64,000 bases of DNA from a virus: the IMG/VR virus record IMGVR_UViG_3300024999_000041, positions 64,001 to 128,000 of that record; one strand, 5' to 3'. The notes under the pieces were generated by a model. It did no database searches. It worked only from the letters and a program-made list of their open reading frames with translations, and was not told the origin of the DNA. The position numbers and the translations under genes were made by a program. Below, piece after piece: positions 1-8,837 of the stretch (its first letter is position 1; the number at the start of each line of letters is the position of its first letter).

Positions 1-134
1 TCATTGAGGGGAGAACCCTTACCAACCGTCAAATTTGTAAAAGAATTTATACTGGACACATCTGGATAAGGACAAGTTCCTAAGAGTTGACATCTTACTC
101 CATTGAAGTTACCACAACCATCACACTTATTCAT
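1..134 (-). CDS. Partial small Cys-rich protein (MNKCDGCGNFNGVRCQLLGTCP..., runs off the window edge)
   Basis: Manual translation from ATG at 134, open to position 1; directly follows the stop of 137..382. Confidence 0.55.
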   Translation of the reverse strand, partial: MNKCDGCGNFNGVRCQLLGTCPYPDVSSINSFTNLTVGKGSPLN

Positions 135-136
135 TA

Positions 137-382
137 TTAAATTCCTTTTTGTTTCTTCTCTAACTTCTTAAGTCTTCTCTCCGCTTTCCTCTTCTCGGTT
201 CTAAATCCTCTGGGGTCAGACTTCCTCCAACTCTCCATGAAAGCAAAAGTATCTTGGGACATAGTTTCTTCCCGATTATTCCCAGAGTATTTGTTCAACA
301 AAGTATCAAGAACTTGTTCTGTTGTATCTTTATTAATACTTTCCATATTTACTATTATAACCTCTTCCATTAGATTTGTCAA
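137..382 (-). CDS. Hypothetical protein (true start probably downstream of the listed one)
   Basis: ORF co-oriented with neighbours; basic C-terminus. Confidence 0.55.
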   Translation of the reverse strand: MTNLMEEVIIVNMESINKDTTEQVLDTLLNKYSGNNREETMSQDTFAFMESWRKSDPRGFRTEKRKAERRLKKLEKKQKGI

Positions 383-521
383 CTGCTGTGATAAACATTT
401 CTTTTAACTTAGGGTTATTTGTTTTTCTTATTAAAAGTTCTTTAAAACATACTTCTAATATATCTCTTCTACTTTGTTCAAAATTATTCATGTTAATTTC
501 CTTTAATTGTTTTAATAACAT
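333..521 (-). CDS. Hypothetical protein
   Basis: Short ORF fitting the tightly packed minus-strand operon. Confidence 0.45.
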   Translation of the reverse strand: MLLKQLKEINMNNFEQSRRDILEVCFKELLIRKTNNPKLKEMFITAVDKSNGRGYNSKYGKY

Positions 522-804
522 CGAGTCTCTGTTGATAAGCTTTAATCATAGTTTCAATCAATTCAATACCCGTATCTAAATTTTGTTCATCTAGGGTAAG
601 CTGTTTCAATTCATCGGTATCAGCTTTGTCTCTATACAATGTTTTAACTTTAATAGCTAAATCTTGTAACGAGTCCATCACGTCGTCATTACTCTTAGCA
701 GCTTTATTGTACAGGTTAATTTTATTCTTGGGAACTTTTCTATCCAGCAGGTATTTAATTACTGGGGCTAACAATACAATTATTTTTACTACATCTATTT
801 TCAT
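493..804 (-). CDS. Hypothetical protein with hydrophobic N-terminus and coiled-coil C-terminus
   Basis: AGGAGA RBS upstream; N-terminus VVKIIVLLAPVI. Confidence 0.6.
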   Translation of the reverse strand: MKIDVVKIIVLLAPVIKYLLDRKVPKNKINLYNKAAKSNDDVMDSLQDLAIKVKTLYRDKADTDELKQLTLDEQNLDTGIELIETMIKAYQQRLDVIKTIKGN

Positions 805-813
805 ACTATCTCC

Positions 814-1716
814 TTACCTATTTAATACCTTAGCTAAATCATCTAACTCATCATACCATTCATTGTTTATATAATTCTTGGTTAAGTTCTCTAAGTCTTT
901 AAGATTCTTATCTGAAACATTATCCATACTTGAGTTATCTTTAGAGAGTCTGACTTGAAATCTCCAGTAATCTTTTATAGGTAACATTTTTCTTAATATG
1001 TATTCTGTAGTATCTGATTGACCATCGGATACTAAATCAAATAGACCAGTAGCCCAATCCAACATATTATATTTCTTAATCTTATTTGGGTCTACGTATT
1101 CATATAAGGAACCAGTACCCAAAGATACTAATATTATCTCTTCATTAGGATACTTCTTCTGTGCTTCCGTATAAGCACACAGGGCTGGATTATTTGCAAA
1201 TACTCCCCCGTCAACACAGAGCATATCATTTAACACAAATGACTCAAAGAAGGTAGGAGCTGCTGAAGTGGCTCTCGCTATCTGAGATAATAAAACATTA
1301 GAATATCTCTTATCTTCTTTAGTGAAGAATACTGCTTGCTTAGAGAGGATATCGTAAGTTGTTACCAGTAATCCCTTATCGGGTCTGGTATCTCCTAGTT
1401 TAACTCCTTTAAAGATATCATTAAGAACTCCATCTATATCTGCTGAAGGATATTTTATAGCATCAAGTGGGTTAAGTTTTAACTTCCCTTTAAATATTTT
1501 ATGTATGGGTTCTTTGGTATAAAAATTATATATATCGTCCATACTCATACCCGTAGATAAAAGTAAAGATATAATGCCTCCTGTAGAAGTTCCAGCAAAG
1601 AAATCAAAACTTTGTTGTATGGGTTTATCTAAAAGATTGTTTTCCAGATATCTCAACAGAACTATTGGAATTAATCCTTTACATCCTCCCCCATCTATAG
1701 ATAATATTTTCTTCAT
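814..1716 (-). CDS. Patatin-like phospholipase
   Basis: LSIDGGGCKG glycine-rich loop, GTSTG catalytic Ser, ATSAAPTFF, DGGVFANNP catalytic Asp. Confidence 0.93.
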   Translation of the reverse strand: MKKILSIDGGGCKGLIPIVLLRYLENNLLDKPIQQSFDFFAGTSTGGIISLLLSTGMSMDDIYNFYTKEPIHKIFKGKLKLNPLDAIKYPSADIDGVLNDIFKGVKLGDTRPDKGLLVTTYDILSKQAVFFTKEDKRYSNVLLSQIARATSAAPTFFESFVLNDMLCVDGGVFANNPALCAYTEAQKKYPNEEIILVSLGTGSLYEYVDPNKIKKYNMLDWATGLFDLVSDGQSDTTEYILRKMLPIKDYWRFQVRLSKDNSSMDNVSDKNLKDLENLTKNYINNEWYDELDDLAKVLNR

Positions 1717-1726
1717 TATATAACTC

Positions 1727-2029
1727 CTAAGTTAATTTAATTACAGATAGTATATCTTTCCATACCACATTTAAAACTATATTTTCATTAGGAGGAGCAA
1801 TATATACATAGTCAAATTCCGCTTCTGTTTTAATAACATAGGTTCCTACAGTCTCCGAAAAATCTCCCAGTAATATTCTTCCATTACCTAATACATAATC
1901 AAACACTTCCTGTTTCATATCTAATAATGTTTGAGCATCCACAGGAACAACAGTTACAAAATTAGTTCCCGTAAATTCAAAAGTTTTATCAACATCATCA
2001 TGTATAGTTATACTAAAATTAAATATCAT
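1727..2029 (-). CDS. Hypothetical protein
   Basis: ORF within operon. Confidence 0.6.
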   Translation of the reverse strand: MIFNFSITIHDDVDKTFEFTGTNFVTVVPVDAQTLLDMKQEVFDYVLGNGRILLGDFSETVGTYVIKTEAEFDYVYIAPPNENIVLNVVWKDILSVIKLT

Positions 2030-2038
2030 ATTATTTTC

Positions 2039-2722
2039 CTATGCTGGTTTCTGTAATACAATCCAACCACTGCCGTCGGGATTTGCGAATAACTCACAAG
2101 CTCTTCCTCCAGATACAGAAAGTATATTAGAGTTATCTATAGTTTGTCCTGAAGTAGAATAGAAGTATACAGTTCTATTTCCTATATTCTTTATGTAATA
2201 AACTCTTTCTGGACAATTAAGTACATTAGGCAAATAAGCATTGATACTGTGGTCTGTGTCAAAAATCCATACAGTAGCTGAAGCATCCAAAGTTATATTA
2301 CTGGAACCAGTTACCTTATGTGATTTTATGGAACCAGTACCGTCCTGACCTATCACGGGTAAAGAATTCATTAGTTCATCTAATCTGGTAGGAGATTGAT
2401 TAAGGGAAGTTATGTACGTTTTCCAGTTCTCCCATTCGGTGGAAGTTATATCTACCATATCTGGATATCCTATCACTATATCATTAGCTCCGTCTACCCT
2501 CAACACTTTAAAATAGGGAGTTACTTTTAACTTAGCATCTATTTCCATAGATGTTTTATTAGCATTATATATATCCGTAAGGTCTGGAACAGTAGGCTCT
2601 GGGTCTTCTAAATTCCATGAATGGATATAAGTATTCCCAGCACTATCAACCTTAAGAATAACATCCTTCTTAAAATCTATCTTTCTCCCAAGTTTCTTTT
2701 CTATACTAGAAGCAAAATCCAT
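2039..2722 (-). CDS. Putative tail fibre-associated protein (XkdW-like N-terminus, beta-rich fibre-type C-terminus)
   Basis: N-terminal DSAGNTYIHSWNLEDPEPT resembles XkdW; C-terminal LP...RVYYIKN...SGQTID pattern common at fibre ends. Confidence 0.5.
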   Translation of the reverse strand: MDFASSIEKKLGRKIDFKKDVILKVDSAGNTYIHSWNLEDPEPTVPDLTDIYNANKTSMEIDAKLKVTPYFKVLRVDGANDIVIGYPDMVDITSTEWENWKTYITSLNQSPTRLDELMNSLPVIGQDGTGSIKSHKVTGSSNITLDASATVWIFDTDHSINAYLPNVLNCPERVYYIKNIGNRTVYFYSTSGQTIDNSNILSVSGGRACELFANPDGSGWIVLQKPA

Positions 2723-3348
2723 TATAAGCCTCTCCCTTCCACAGTTAATATCTCTAATCTATAATCTGTTAAGCTCAGAGTGCTAAGACTACTGTTATAA
2801 ACTTCCACTGCAAGAGTATCTCCCTTAGTTAATCTGGTTATAACATTACAGGAGGTTAATAAATCTTCCGTAGAGAGTAACCCCGCCATAGAGACATTAG
2901 TATCAAAATCTATTATGGCACCATTCTTTCTTACCGTTACTTCAAACTTATAATTACTAGAAACATTATTTAAAGTTCCCACAAAGTTCACAGCTACAAA
3001 TTGTACCTTCTTAGAAGTAAAAGTATTAGTTACAAACTCTACATCTTTATCTTCTACTTCAGTAAAATTGACAGAAGTGAATACCCTTGATTGAATACTC
3101 TGAGAAGTTCCTGTAGCATAAACATAAGAGTCTGGATAATTAGACCACAGGGTATGGTCGAGAGTATTCCATAGGTCAAGTAACTGTTGGTAGGTAGGCT
3201 TAGTGGGAGAAACTATATTCCATTCCTCTATACAAAATCCATCTGGGTCTGAGTCTCCATCCCAATCTTGACAGATTATAACTTCTGAATTATAATCTAC
3301 CTCCCTGCCAACATAAGCATCTACTGCTTCTCTATAATTAAAACTCAT
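2722..3348 (-). CDS. Putative fibre-associated protein (XkdW-like plus C1q/TNF-like domain)
   Basis: IEEWNIVSPTKPT; VNFTEVEDKD..F..NTFT...VRKNG...LTKGDTLAVEVY jelly-roll pattern. Confidence 0.5.
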   Translation of the reverse strand: MSFNYREAVDAYVGREVDYNSEVIICQDWDGDSDPDGFCIEEWNIVSPTKPTYQQLLDLWNTLDHTLWSNYPDSYVYATGTSQSIQSRVFTSVNFTEVEDKDVEFVTNTFTSKKVQFVAVNFVGTLNNVSSNYKFEVTVRKNGAIIDFDTNVSMAGLLSTEDLLTSCNVITRLTKGDTLAVEVYNSSLSTLSLTDYRLEILTVEGRGL

Positions 3349-3359
3349 TAATATATTTC

Positions 3360-4046
3360 CTACCTTAATTTAATAATACTAAGTATTTGATTTCCATCCA
3401 AGTTTCTATTGTTACTGCCATCAGTATGTCTAGCATAAATTTCTAAAGTATCATTTGCAACAACATCTATCGGAAAAGATATATTAACACATACTAATCC
3501 TCCAGTAGCTCCTCCTCCGCTATTTTCTAAAGCGTGTATATAAGTACTGCCATTCTTATAAATGTAAAGATACAACAATCTATCATTACCAAAACCAGTT
3601 CCAGAAAAGGAAGCAGATACTAATACCGTTTGGGTGGATAAGCTAGTGAAAGTACTGCTTGAAAATTCAGATAAAGTATCCGTTACTTCAGTTGGAAATA
3701 ATACTTTAGTGTATACTCCTCCTTGAATAGCTTGGGTAGACGTATTCTTTACAAGTACTTTAGATGCTGGAAGAGAATCTATACTAGACCAACTTGTATC
3801 AGTTCCGTCCGTTGTAAGAATCTTAGAAGTGTTCCCAGTTTGAGATGGTAGTAAATTGTTCAAAGAAGTATTTTTATTGGATACATCATTGAGATTATTA
3901 CCTCCAAGAAGTATCTTAGAAAAAACTCCTCCAAAGTTTTTCCCTTCCAAGGTTCCACTATTACTTTGAATAGTTACCTTGTTACTAGACTTACCTAATG
4001 AAAATATGCTTCTCAGAGTGCCTTCTATATTTAGAAAGTCGCTCAT
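3360..4046 (-). CDS. Putative short tail fibre/receptor-binding protein with C1q-like C-terminal domain
   Basis: NNLNDV and LPSQTGN...ILTTDGTDTSW fibre motifs; FPTEVTDT..F...IYKNG...ANDTLEIY. Confidence 0.55.
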   Translation of the reverse strand: MSDFLNIEGTLRSIFSLGKSSNKVTIQSNSGTLEGKNFGGVFSKILLGGNNLNDVSNKNTSLNNLLPSQTGNTSKILTTDGTDTSWSSIDSLPASKVLVKNTSTQAIQGGVYTKVLFPTEVTDTLSEFSSSTFTSLSTQTVLVSASFSGTGFGNDRLLYLYIYKNGSTYIHALENSGGGATGGLVCVNISFPIDVVANDTLEIYARHTDGSNNRNLDGNQILSIIKLR

Positions 4047-4101
4047 GTAATCTCCTTTTTATATATGTTTATATTAAATACTATTTTTACATACTAATAT
4101 T

Positions 4102-4130
4102 ATTTTATCACAAGTTAAGATGAATGTCAA
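4102..4130 (-). promoter_or_regulatory. sigma70/sigmaA-type promoter
   Basis: TTGACA-17 nt-TAAAAT with extended -10 TG. Confidence 0.75.
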
Positions 4131-4134
4131 TAGT

Positions 4135-4332
4135 CTAGTTGAAAATATCTGTATCTTCAATCATAGTGTCTATCTTACCACATGTATCAAGACCTTCTTC
4201 ATATACTACTGTATCTAACAGTCCCACAGTAAACCTAGAAGTATCTTTAAATAACAATTTATATCTTCCCGATAACTTTGAAGCTAGTTTATATAATCTT
4301 TTTAATTCTAATTCATATTTATCTTTAGACAT
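4135..4332 (-). CDS. Hypothetical protein
   Basis: ORF with AGGGGA RBS. Confidence 0.55.
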   Translation of the reverse strand: MSKDKYELELKRLYKLASKLSGRYKLLFKDTSRFTVGLLDTVVYEEGLDTCGKIDTMIEDTDIFN

Positions 4333-4347
4333 ATAATTCCCCTTTTA

Positions 4348-5403
4348 TCAGTCCAAATAACTCCATCTAAAACCCCCACATGTTTTCCTTTTCCCTTTAC
4401 ATACTTTAACTATGCTTGTGATATCTAAATTATAGAAAAGAGATGCTTCCGTAATATTATTAAAAACAACATTAGTATCTAAGTTAATAACCTTCTTGGA
4501 AGTTCTTCCCTTACTCTTCTCCCCTATTTTCCTTTTGTGCTCCTCTGAGAGCTTCTTTCCTATGTTAGCTTGTCTAGTTTTCTCTATAGATTCAGGAGAC
4601 ATCTTCTTTCCTAGGTTTCCTAATCTAATCTTTTCTTTATGCTCCTCAGATAACTTTCTACCAAGTGTATGAGTATTTCCTAAGTTAGCTTGTCTTATCT
4701 TTTCTTTATGTTCCTCAGATAACTTATTACCCAGAGCATATTTATTTCTCTTACTCTTCTCCCCTATTTTCCTTTTATGTTCTTCAGACAATACATGTCC
4801 CAAGGTATGAGTATTCCCTTTTAACTTCTCACTCATTTTCTTCTTAGTTTCTTCCGATAGTATTTTACCCAAATTAGCTTGTCTTAATTTTTCTTTAGTT
4901 TCTTCCGATAGTATTTTACCCAAATTAGCTTGTCTAGTTTTCTCTATAGATTCAGGAGACATCTTCTTTCCTAGGTTTCCTAATCTAATCTTTTCTATAA
5001 CATCTTGTGGAAGCTTCCTTCCCCTCAAAGCTATACTGTTTGCTCTGCCGATTCTTATTCTAGTTTCCTTAGATAATTTTATTCCCAGATTACTTCCTGC
5101 TGTAGGATTGAAATTATAACAATCTTCTCCAAAAAATAAATCTAACCAATGCTGTTCTCTTTCTAACAGTTTCTTTTTAACTTCTTCCAAGCTCTCTAAC
5201 TTTTCTACATACTCTATAATTTCCCATTTGAAGTTTTCTCCCCCATGTAAATTATACGCATATTGTAAATATCTATTAGTATGGTTATTTTTAGAGAGTA
5301 AGTAAAAATGCTGTCTCTTACGATTATCTAAATTTACTGAACTTCCGATATATACTTTATTATTCCCTCTATTAGTTATTTTATAGATACCTGCTTTTTT
5401 CAT
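4348..5403 (-). mobile_element. Free-standing GIY-YIG homing endonuclease with NUMOD3 repeats and C-terminal NUMOD1/HTH domain
   Basis: AGIYKI...VYIGSS...R..QH, EREQ.W.D, YN; many LSEE[HT]K.KI repeats; terminal I..VCKGKRKTCGGFRW. Confidence 0.92.
4500..5080 (-). repeat. NUMOD3 coding tandem repeats within the GIY-YIG gene
   Basis: EKIRLGNLGKKMSPESIEKTRQAN occurs twice with identical or near-identical DNA 360 bp apart, plus repeated LSEE units. Confidence 0.85.
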
Positions 5404-5433
5404 TATACTTGTTCCTCAATGTATTTATATATC

Positions 5434-5444
5434 TATAATATAAA
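5434..5444 (-). promoter_or_regulatory. Putative late promoter motif TTTATATTATA
   Basis: Exact copy of a motif recurring upstream of structural genes; ~30 nt upstream of the GIY-YIG start. Confidence 0.6.
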
Positions 5445-5455
5445 TACAAGCGTTA

Positions 5456-6151
5456 TTATATGTCAATTCCTTTTCTAATAGGCACAGTATTCAAAACAGC
5501 TCCGCAATTGGGACAGTAATTAGACCTGAACTCAAAACTTCTCTTACAAGTAGAACATGTCTTCTCGAAATAGTGCTTAACACAACGTAAGTCCGTCATA
5601 AGGTCTGCTATATCTTTAACTTTATCATACAGTGGTTCAGACCACATCCTCCCAGTTAGAACTATTTCTAGGTCTGGTCTTTCCTCCTTCATAGTTCTTA
5701 TGAACTCAAAGAAAGTTTTCTGAGATATCAATGATAGGTTTAGAGCTCCTAGTATCTCATCCAACACTAACATGTTGTAAGGTTCAAAGTATTCTTCTAT
5801 GTGGTCTTGTGCTATTATATTCTTCTTAGTCTTACCAGTGTTTATATCATCTACCATAGAGAGCCAAGCCTCTCTTACAAGTACTTTATCCTCTTCATCT
5901 TTATTATGTTCCAGTATTACTTTATAGGGAACAGTATCGTGAGATTGTATAATAGTTATATTATTCTTAAACATCCTGCAAGATTTAAGTTCTCCGTAAA
6001 CCCTATCCACTGAGGAGTCCCCCTTCATGAATTGAGTTATCAAAACATTCCAGTCCTGACCCATAGCTCTCATCACTAAACCAAATGCACTTGTAGTCTT
6101 TCCTTTACCACTCCCAGTGTACACTTGTATCAAACCTGATTTATTTATCAT
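5456..6151 (-). CDS. btuR: Cob(I)alamin adenosyltransferase (CobA/CobO/BtuR family) with zinc-ribbon insertion
   Basis: GLIQVYTGSGKGKTTSAFG, QFMKG...GE, LVLDEI, RP..EIVLTGR, ADL.T...VKHYF, terminal GID. Confidence 0.9.
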   Translation of the reverse strand: MINKSGLIQVYTGSGKGKTTSAFGLVMRAMGQDWNVLITQFMKGDSSVDRVYGELKSCRMFKNNITIIQSHDTVPYKVILEHNKDEEDKVLVREAWLSMVDDINTGKTKKNIIAQDHIEEYFEPYNMLVLDEILGALNLSLISQKTFFEFIRTMKEERPDLEIVLTGRMWSEPLYDKVKDIADLMTDLRCVKHYFEKTCSTCKRSFEFRSNYCPNCGAVLNTVPIRKGIDI

Positions 6152-6393
6152 TAATCTTTCGACTTCTTTCTTTTCTCTAAACTTTTTTGCATACTTTTAA
6201 TTCTAGGGTTAGCTTCAAACAACTCACAGAAATCCTGAGTTGGAATCTTTTCCCTAATAGGAATACAATATTCTCCCAACTGGAGTGCGGATATCAAAGG
6301 ACACTTAGCTAAGTGTTTACAGAATCTACACTTGTCTTCATCATCGAAGAATACTATGGGACCTCCATTACCCTCATCATAACTTAGGTACAT
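6151..6393 (-). CDS. Small Cys-rich hypothetical protein
   Basis: CRFCKH..KC...C...FCELFE; GGAGG RBS. Confidence 0.65.
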   Translation of the reverse strand: MYLSYDEGNGGPIVFFDDEDKCRFCKHLAKCPLISALQLGEYCIPIREKIPTQDFCELFEANPRIKSMQKSLEKRKKSKD

Positions 6394-6417
6394 AGAACCT
6401 CCTTTAATATTTATAGA

Positions 6418-6621
6418 TTAAATCTGCATTCCTTCATCCAAGTCTACCATGACTACTCCATGATATACAATCAGAGATTTAGGATTGTCCCCTAAGATAC
6501 CAGCGTAATCTTGTAATCTATCTGTACTAACTTTTCTTAATAACCATATATAAAAACATAAAGGCATACATAATAATATGAATGTCTTAAGCTTTAATAA
6601 AAAATTCTTTAACTTATTCAT
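6418..6621 (-). CDS. Hypothetical protein with N-terminal hydrophobic segment
   Basis: TFILLCMPLCFYIWLL. Confidence 0.5.
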   Translation of the reverse strand: MNKLKNFLLKLKTFILLCMPLCFYIWLLRKVSTDRLQDYAGILGDNPKSLIVYHGVVMVDLDEGMQI

Positions 6622-6931
6622 ACTTAGTTTTAATCTCCTCTATTAATTTCTCTAACTTAATTCTTGTCAGAGATTCTTTCTTTAATCTTTTAGCTATGCC
6701 TTCTATGTTCTTAATTATGTTTAAGAACAATAGCATATTATTGTTTATTGGTTTCTTATTACATAATACATCAAGGAAAGCATCAGTTAAATAATAATGT
6801 TTCTTTCCTCCCCTACTGATAAATATCTTATTGTAATCATCTAACTTTAACATATACCCATCTGGTAATATTATATGGGGTATCTCTCCTCGTCTCAAGG
6901 CTCTCAAATCCTTACGGTTTATCATCTTCAT
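6614..6931 (-). CDS. Hypothetical protein
   Basis: Overlapping operon ORF. Confidence 0.6.
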   Translation of the reverse strand: MKMINRKDLRALRRGEIPHIILPDGYMLKLDDYNKIFISRGGKKHYYLTDAFLDVLCNKKPINNNMLLFLNIIKNIEGIAKRLKKESLTRIKLEKLIEEIKTKYE

Positions 6932-7184
6932 CCTGCTCCAATTTTAGTCTAATAAGAATCAACGCTTCTTCTTCATCTATCTCTTCAAATGAATTAGCCT
7001 TCTTCCAATTGGATTTAAAATAACAGAGCCAGTCTATCTGATGCCTACAAAAGATATTCCTCTTGGGGATATAAAACAGGTGCTCCTCGTAATCTATCTC
7101 CCCTAACAGATTAACATCTTCATCCAGCAGGTATGATTTACCCACTTTAATTTCTTCTAGGATTTCTTCAGGATTTAAAACCAT
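6912..7184 (-). CDS. Hypothetical protein
   Basis: ORF with GGGAG RBS. Confidence 0.6.
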   Translation of the reverse strand: MVLNPEEILEEIKVGKSYLLDEDVNLLGEIDYEEHLFYIPKRNIFCRHQIDWLCYFKSNWKKANSFEEIDEEEALILIRLKLEQDEDDKP

Positions 7185-7217
7185 TCGTCTCTCCCACTTA
7201 ACAAGATATCTTAAAAC

Positions 7218-7550
7218 TTAATGTTCTTTATAAATCATTTCATAAAAGTCATCTATCTCTTTATCATAATCCGTTTCTTTGATTAGTTCTAAACATTTAT
7301 TGAATAGATTTACTTTATCTATTCTTATTGTTAAAAGGTGCATGAAGAAACCCAACTTCGATTCATCTGCTGAAAAGATTGTTTCCATCTTAAAGTTCTC
7401 TAGGTTACTGGGTTCTTTTCTGGTAACATGAACCGATGTTCTACTATGCCATCTTAACACTTCAAAGCTGATATTCAACTCCTCACAAAGTTCAATAGCA
7501 TAGTAGTATTCATATTCATCATCTAAACATAGAACTGTTTCTTTTATCAT
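7218..7550 (-). CDS. Hypothetical protein
   Basis: First ORF after a consensus sigma70 promoter. Confidence 0.65.
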   Translation of the reverse strand: MIKETVLCLDDEYEYYYAIELCEELNISFEVLRWHSRTSVHVTRKEPSNLENFKMETIFSADESKLGFFMHLLTIRIDKVNLFNKCLELIKETDYDKEIDDFYEMIYKEH

Positions 7551-7579
7551 AGTATCCCTTTAGACAACTTAGTACTCTG

Positions 7580-7608
7580 ATTATATCATCTATCGATATA
7601 AATGTCAA
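7580..7608 (-). promoter_or_regulatory. sigma70/sigmaA-type promoter
   Basis: Perfect TTGACA-17 nt-TATAAT with TG extension. Confidence 0.85.
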
Positions 7609-7617
7609 TATCCTTTT

Positions 7618-8499
7618 TTAGAATCGTAGTCCCAATTGTTCATGTACCAATTTTAAATATTCCATAGAAGCTTCAGGAGTTTCCAACTCTTGAAGAATCT
7701 TAAGGGTACTTATACTTTCAGAAGGATTCCTCTTCTTAAAATTAGATATCAAATTGTCTAAGTTAGATAAATCACAAATCTTATTAATAACTCTATCCAT
7801 ATTATTATATGCTTCAGGAACAAACACTTCCTTAGCAGGAGTTACCTTTAGCTGATTCAAGGATACAATACCCTTGTCAATAACAGCATAGGTTATAATA
7901 TCTCTAACTAGATTATATCCATCGGCAGTGTTCCTCATGAAGGAACCCATACGATAGACATTAGTAGTTTCAGTTACTATAGTTGAGTACGGAGAATGGT
8001 CGTGTCCTAAGAAGACATACTGATAACTCTTTAAGTTACCCATAGATAAACTTTCTTTAGGGGCTAAGTTATTATCTAAATAGAAATGTCCCAATAATAT
8101 ATTTGATTTTTTCTCGGGAAGTTTTAACTCTGGAACCACGGAAGCCACATCATAAGATACACCTTCTAATTCAAAAGATTCTAAATGTAAATCTATAACA
8201 TCGGAGTTCATTAGAGTTCCCATGTCTGTCTTATCTAAGTTAAGAGTTCTATAGGAAGCATCATGGTTCCCTAATATAGAGTGTAATCTTCCCTTATAAG
8301 GTTTTAATCTTTTAATTAATTTATTACAGTATTCTGTAGACACTGAAGAGCTATGAAATAAATCTCCAAGTATTATTACATACTTATATAATTTTAATAT
8401 GGATTCTAATTTATCTATACAAGTAGTAGGGTAGTCATCCATTCTACTTTTTGGTTTAGTGTCGGAGGCATGAAGGTCTCCTATTATAGCTGTCGCCAT
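7618..8499 (-). CDS. sbcD: SbcD/Mre11-like metallophosphoesterase nuclease (T4 gp47-like)
   Basis: GDLH, GDLF, GNHD, LGH, GHDH motifs; adjacent to SbcC pieces. Confidence 0.85.
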   Translation of the reverse strand: MATAIIGDLHASDTKPKSRMDDYPTTCIDKLESILKLYKYVIILGDLFHSSSVSTEYCNKLIKRLKPYKGRLHSILGNHDASYRTLNLDKTDMGTLMNSDVIDLHLESFELEGVSYDVASVVPELKLPEKKSNILLGHFYLDNNLAPKESLSMGNLKSYQYVFLGHDHSPYSTIVTETTNVYRMGSFMRNTADGYNLVRDIITYAVIDKGIVSLNQLKVTPAKEVFVPEAYNNMDRVINKICDLSNLDNLISNFKKRNPSESISTLKILQELETPEASMEYLKLVHEQLGLRF

Positions 8500-8837
8500 T
8501 ATTCCTCCATTAAATCTTTTACGCTGTTGGTTATCTCTGTTATGGTTGCTCTAAATAGATATCTTCTCTTTTTATTTACTTTGTTATAACTATGTAAATA
8601 ATTAAGTTCTATCCATAAAGAATCTAATAACTCTAAATTACTTGGATTAAATAAAAATTTATTACAGTATTCAACTATCTCTATTAACTGTTGCCTATCT
8701 GATAAACATAATTCTTCAAAGTAAGTTTCATTTAAACTGGATAACTTTTCTTTGATACAAATTATCTTGTGCCTGTAATCAAGCATTAGGAACCTCTTCA
8801 ACTCTCCCATCGCTAATCCTATAAATCTTATTAGCAT
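8499..8837 (-). CDS. Hypothetical protein
   Basis: ORF between SbcC C-half and SbcD; true start probably downstream. Confidence 0.5.
   Translation of the reverse strand: MLIRFIGLAMGELKRFLMLDYRHKIICIKEKLSSLNETYFEELCLSDRQQLIEIVEYCNKFLFNPSNLELLDSLWIELNYLHSYNKVNKKRRYLFRATITEITNSVKDLMEE

Noticed and set aside
814-2029. Complete CBASS system
   Set aside because: No CD-NTase or Cap2/Cap3 motifs in neighbouring ORFs within the window
4348-5403. CRISPR array or group I intron at the repetitive GIY-YIG locus
   Set aside because: The repeats are in-frame NUMOD3 coding units; flanking genes are intact and there is no room for an intron core
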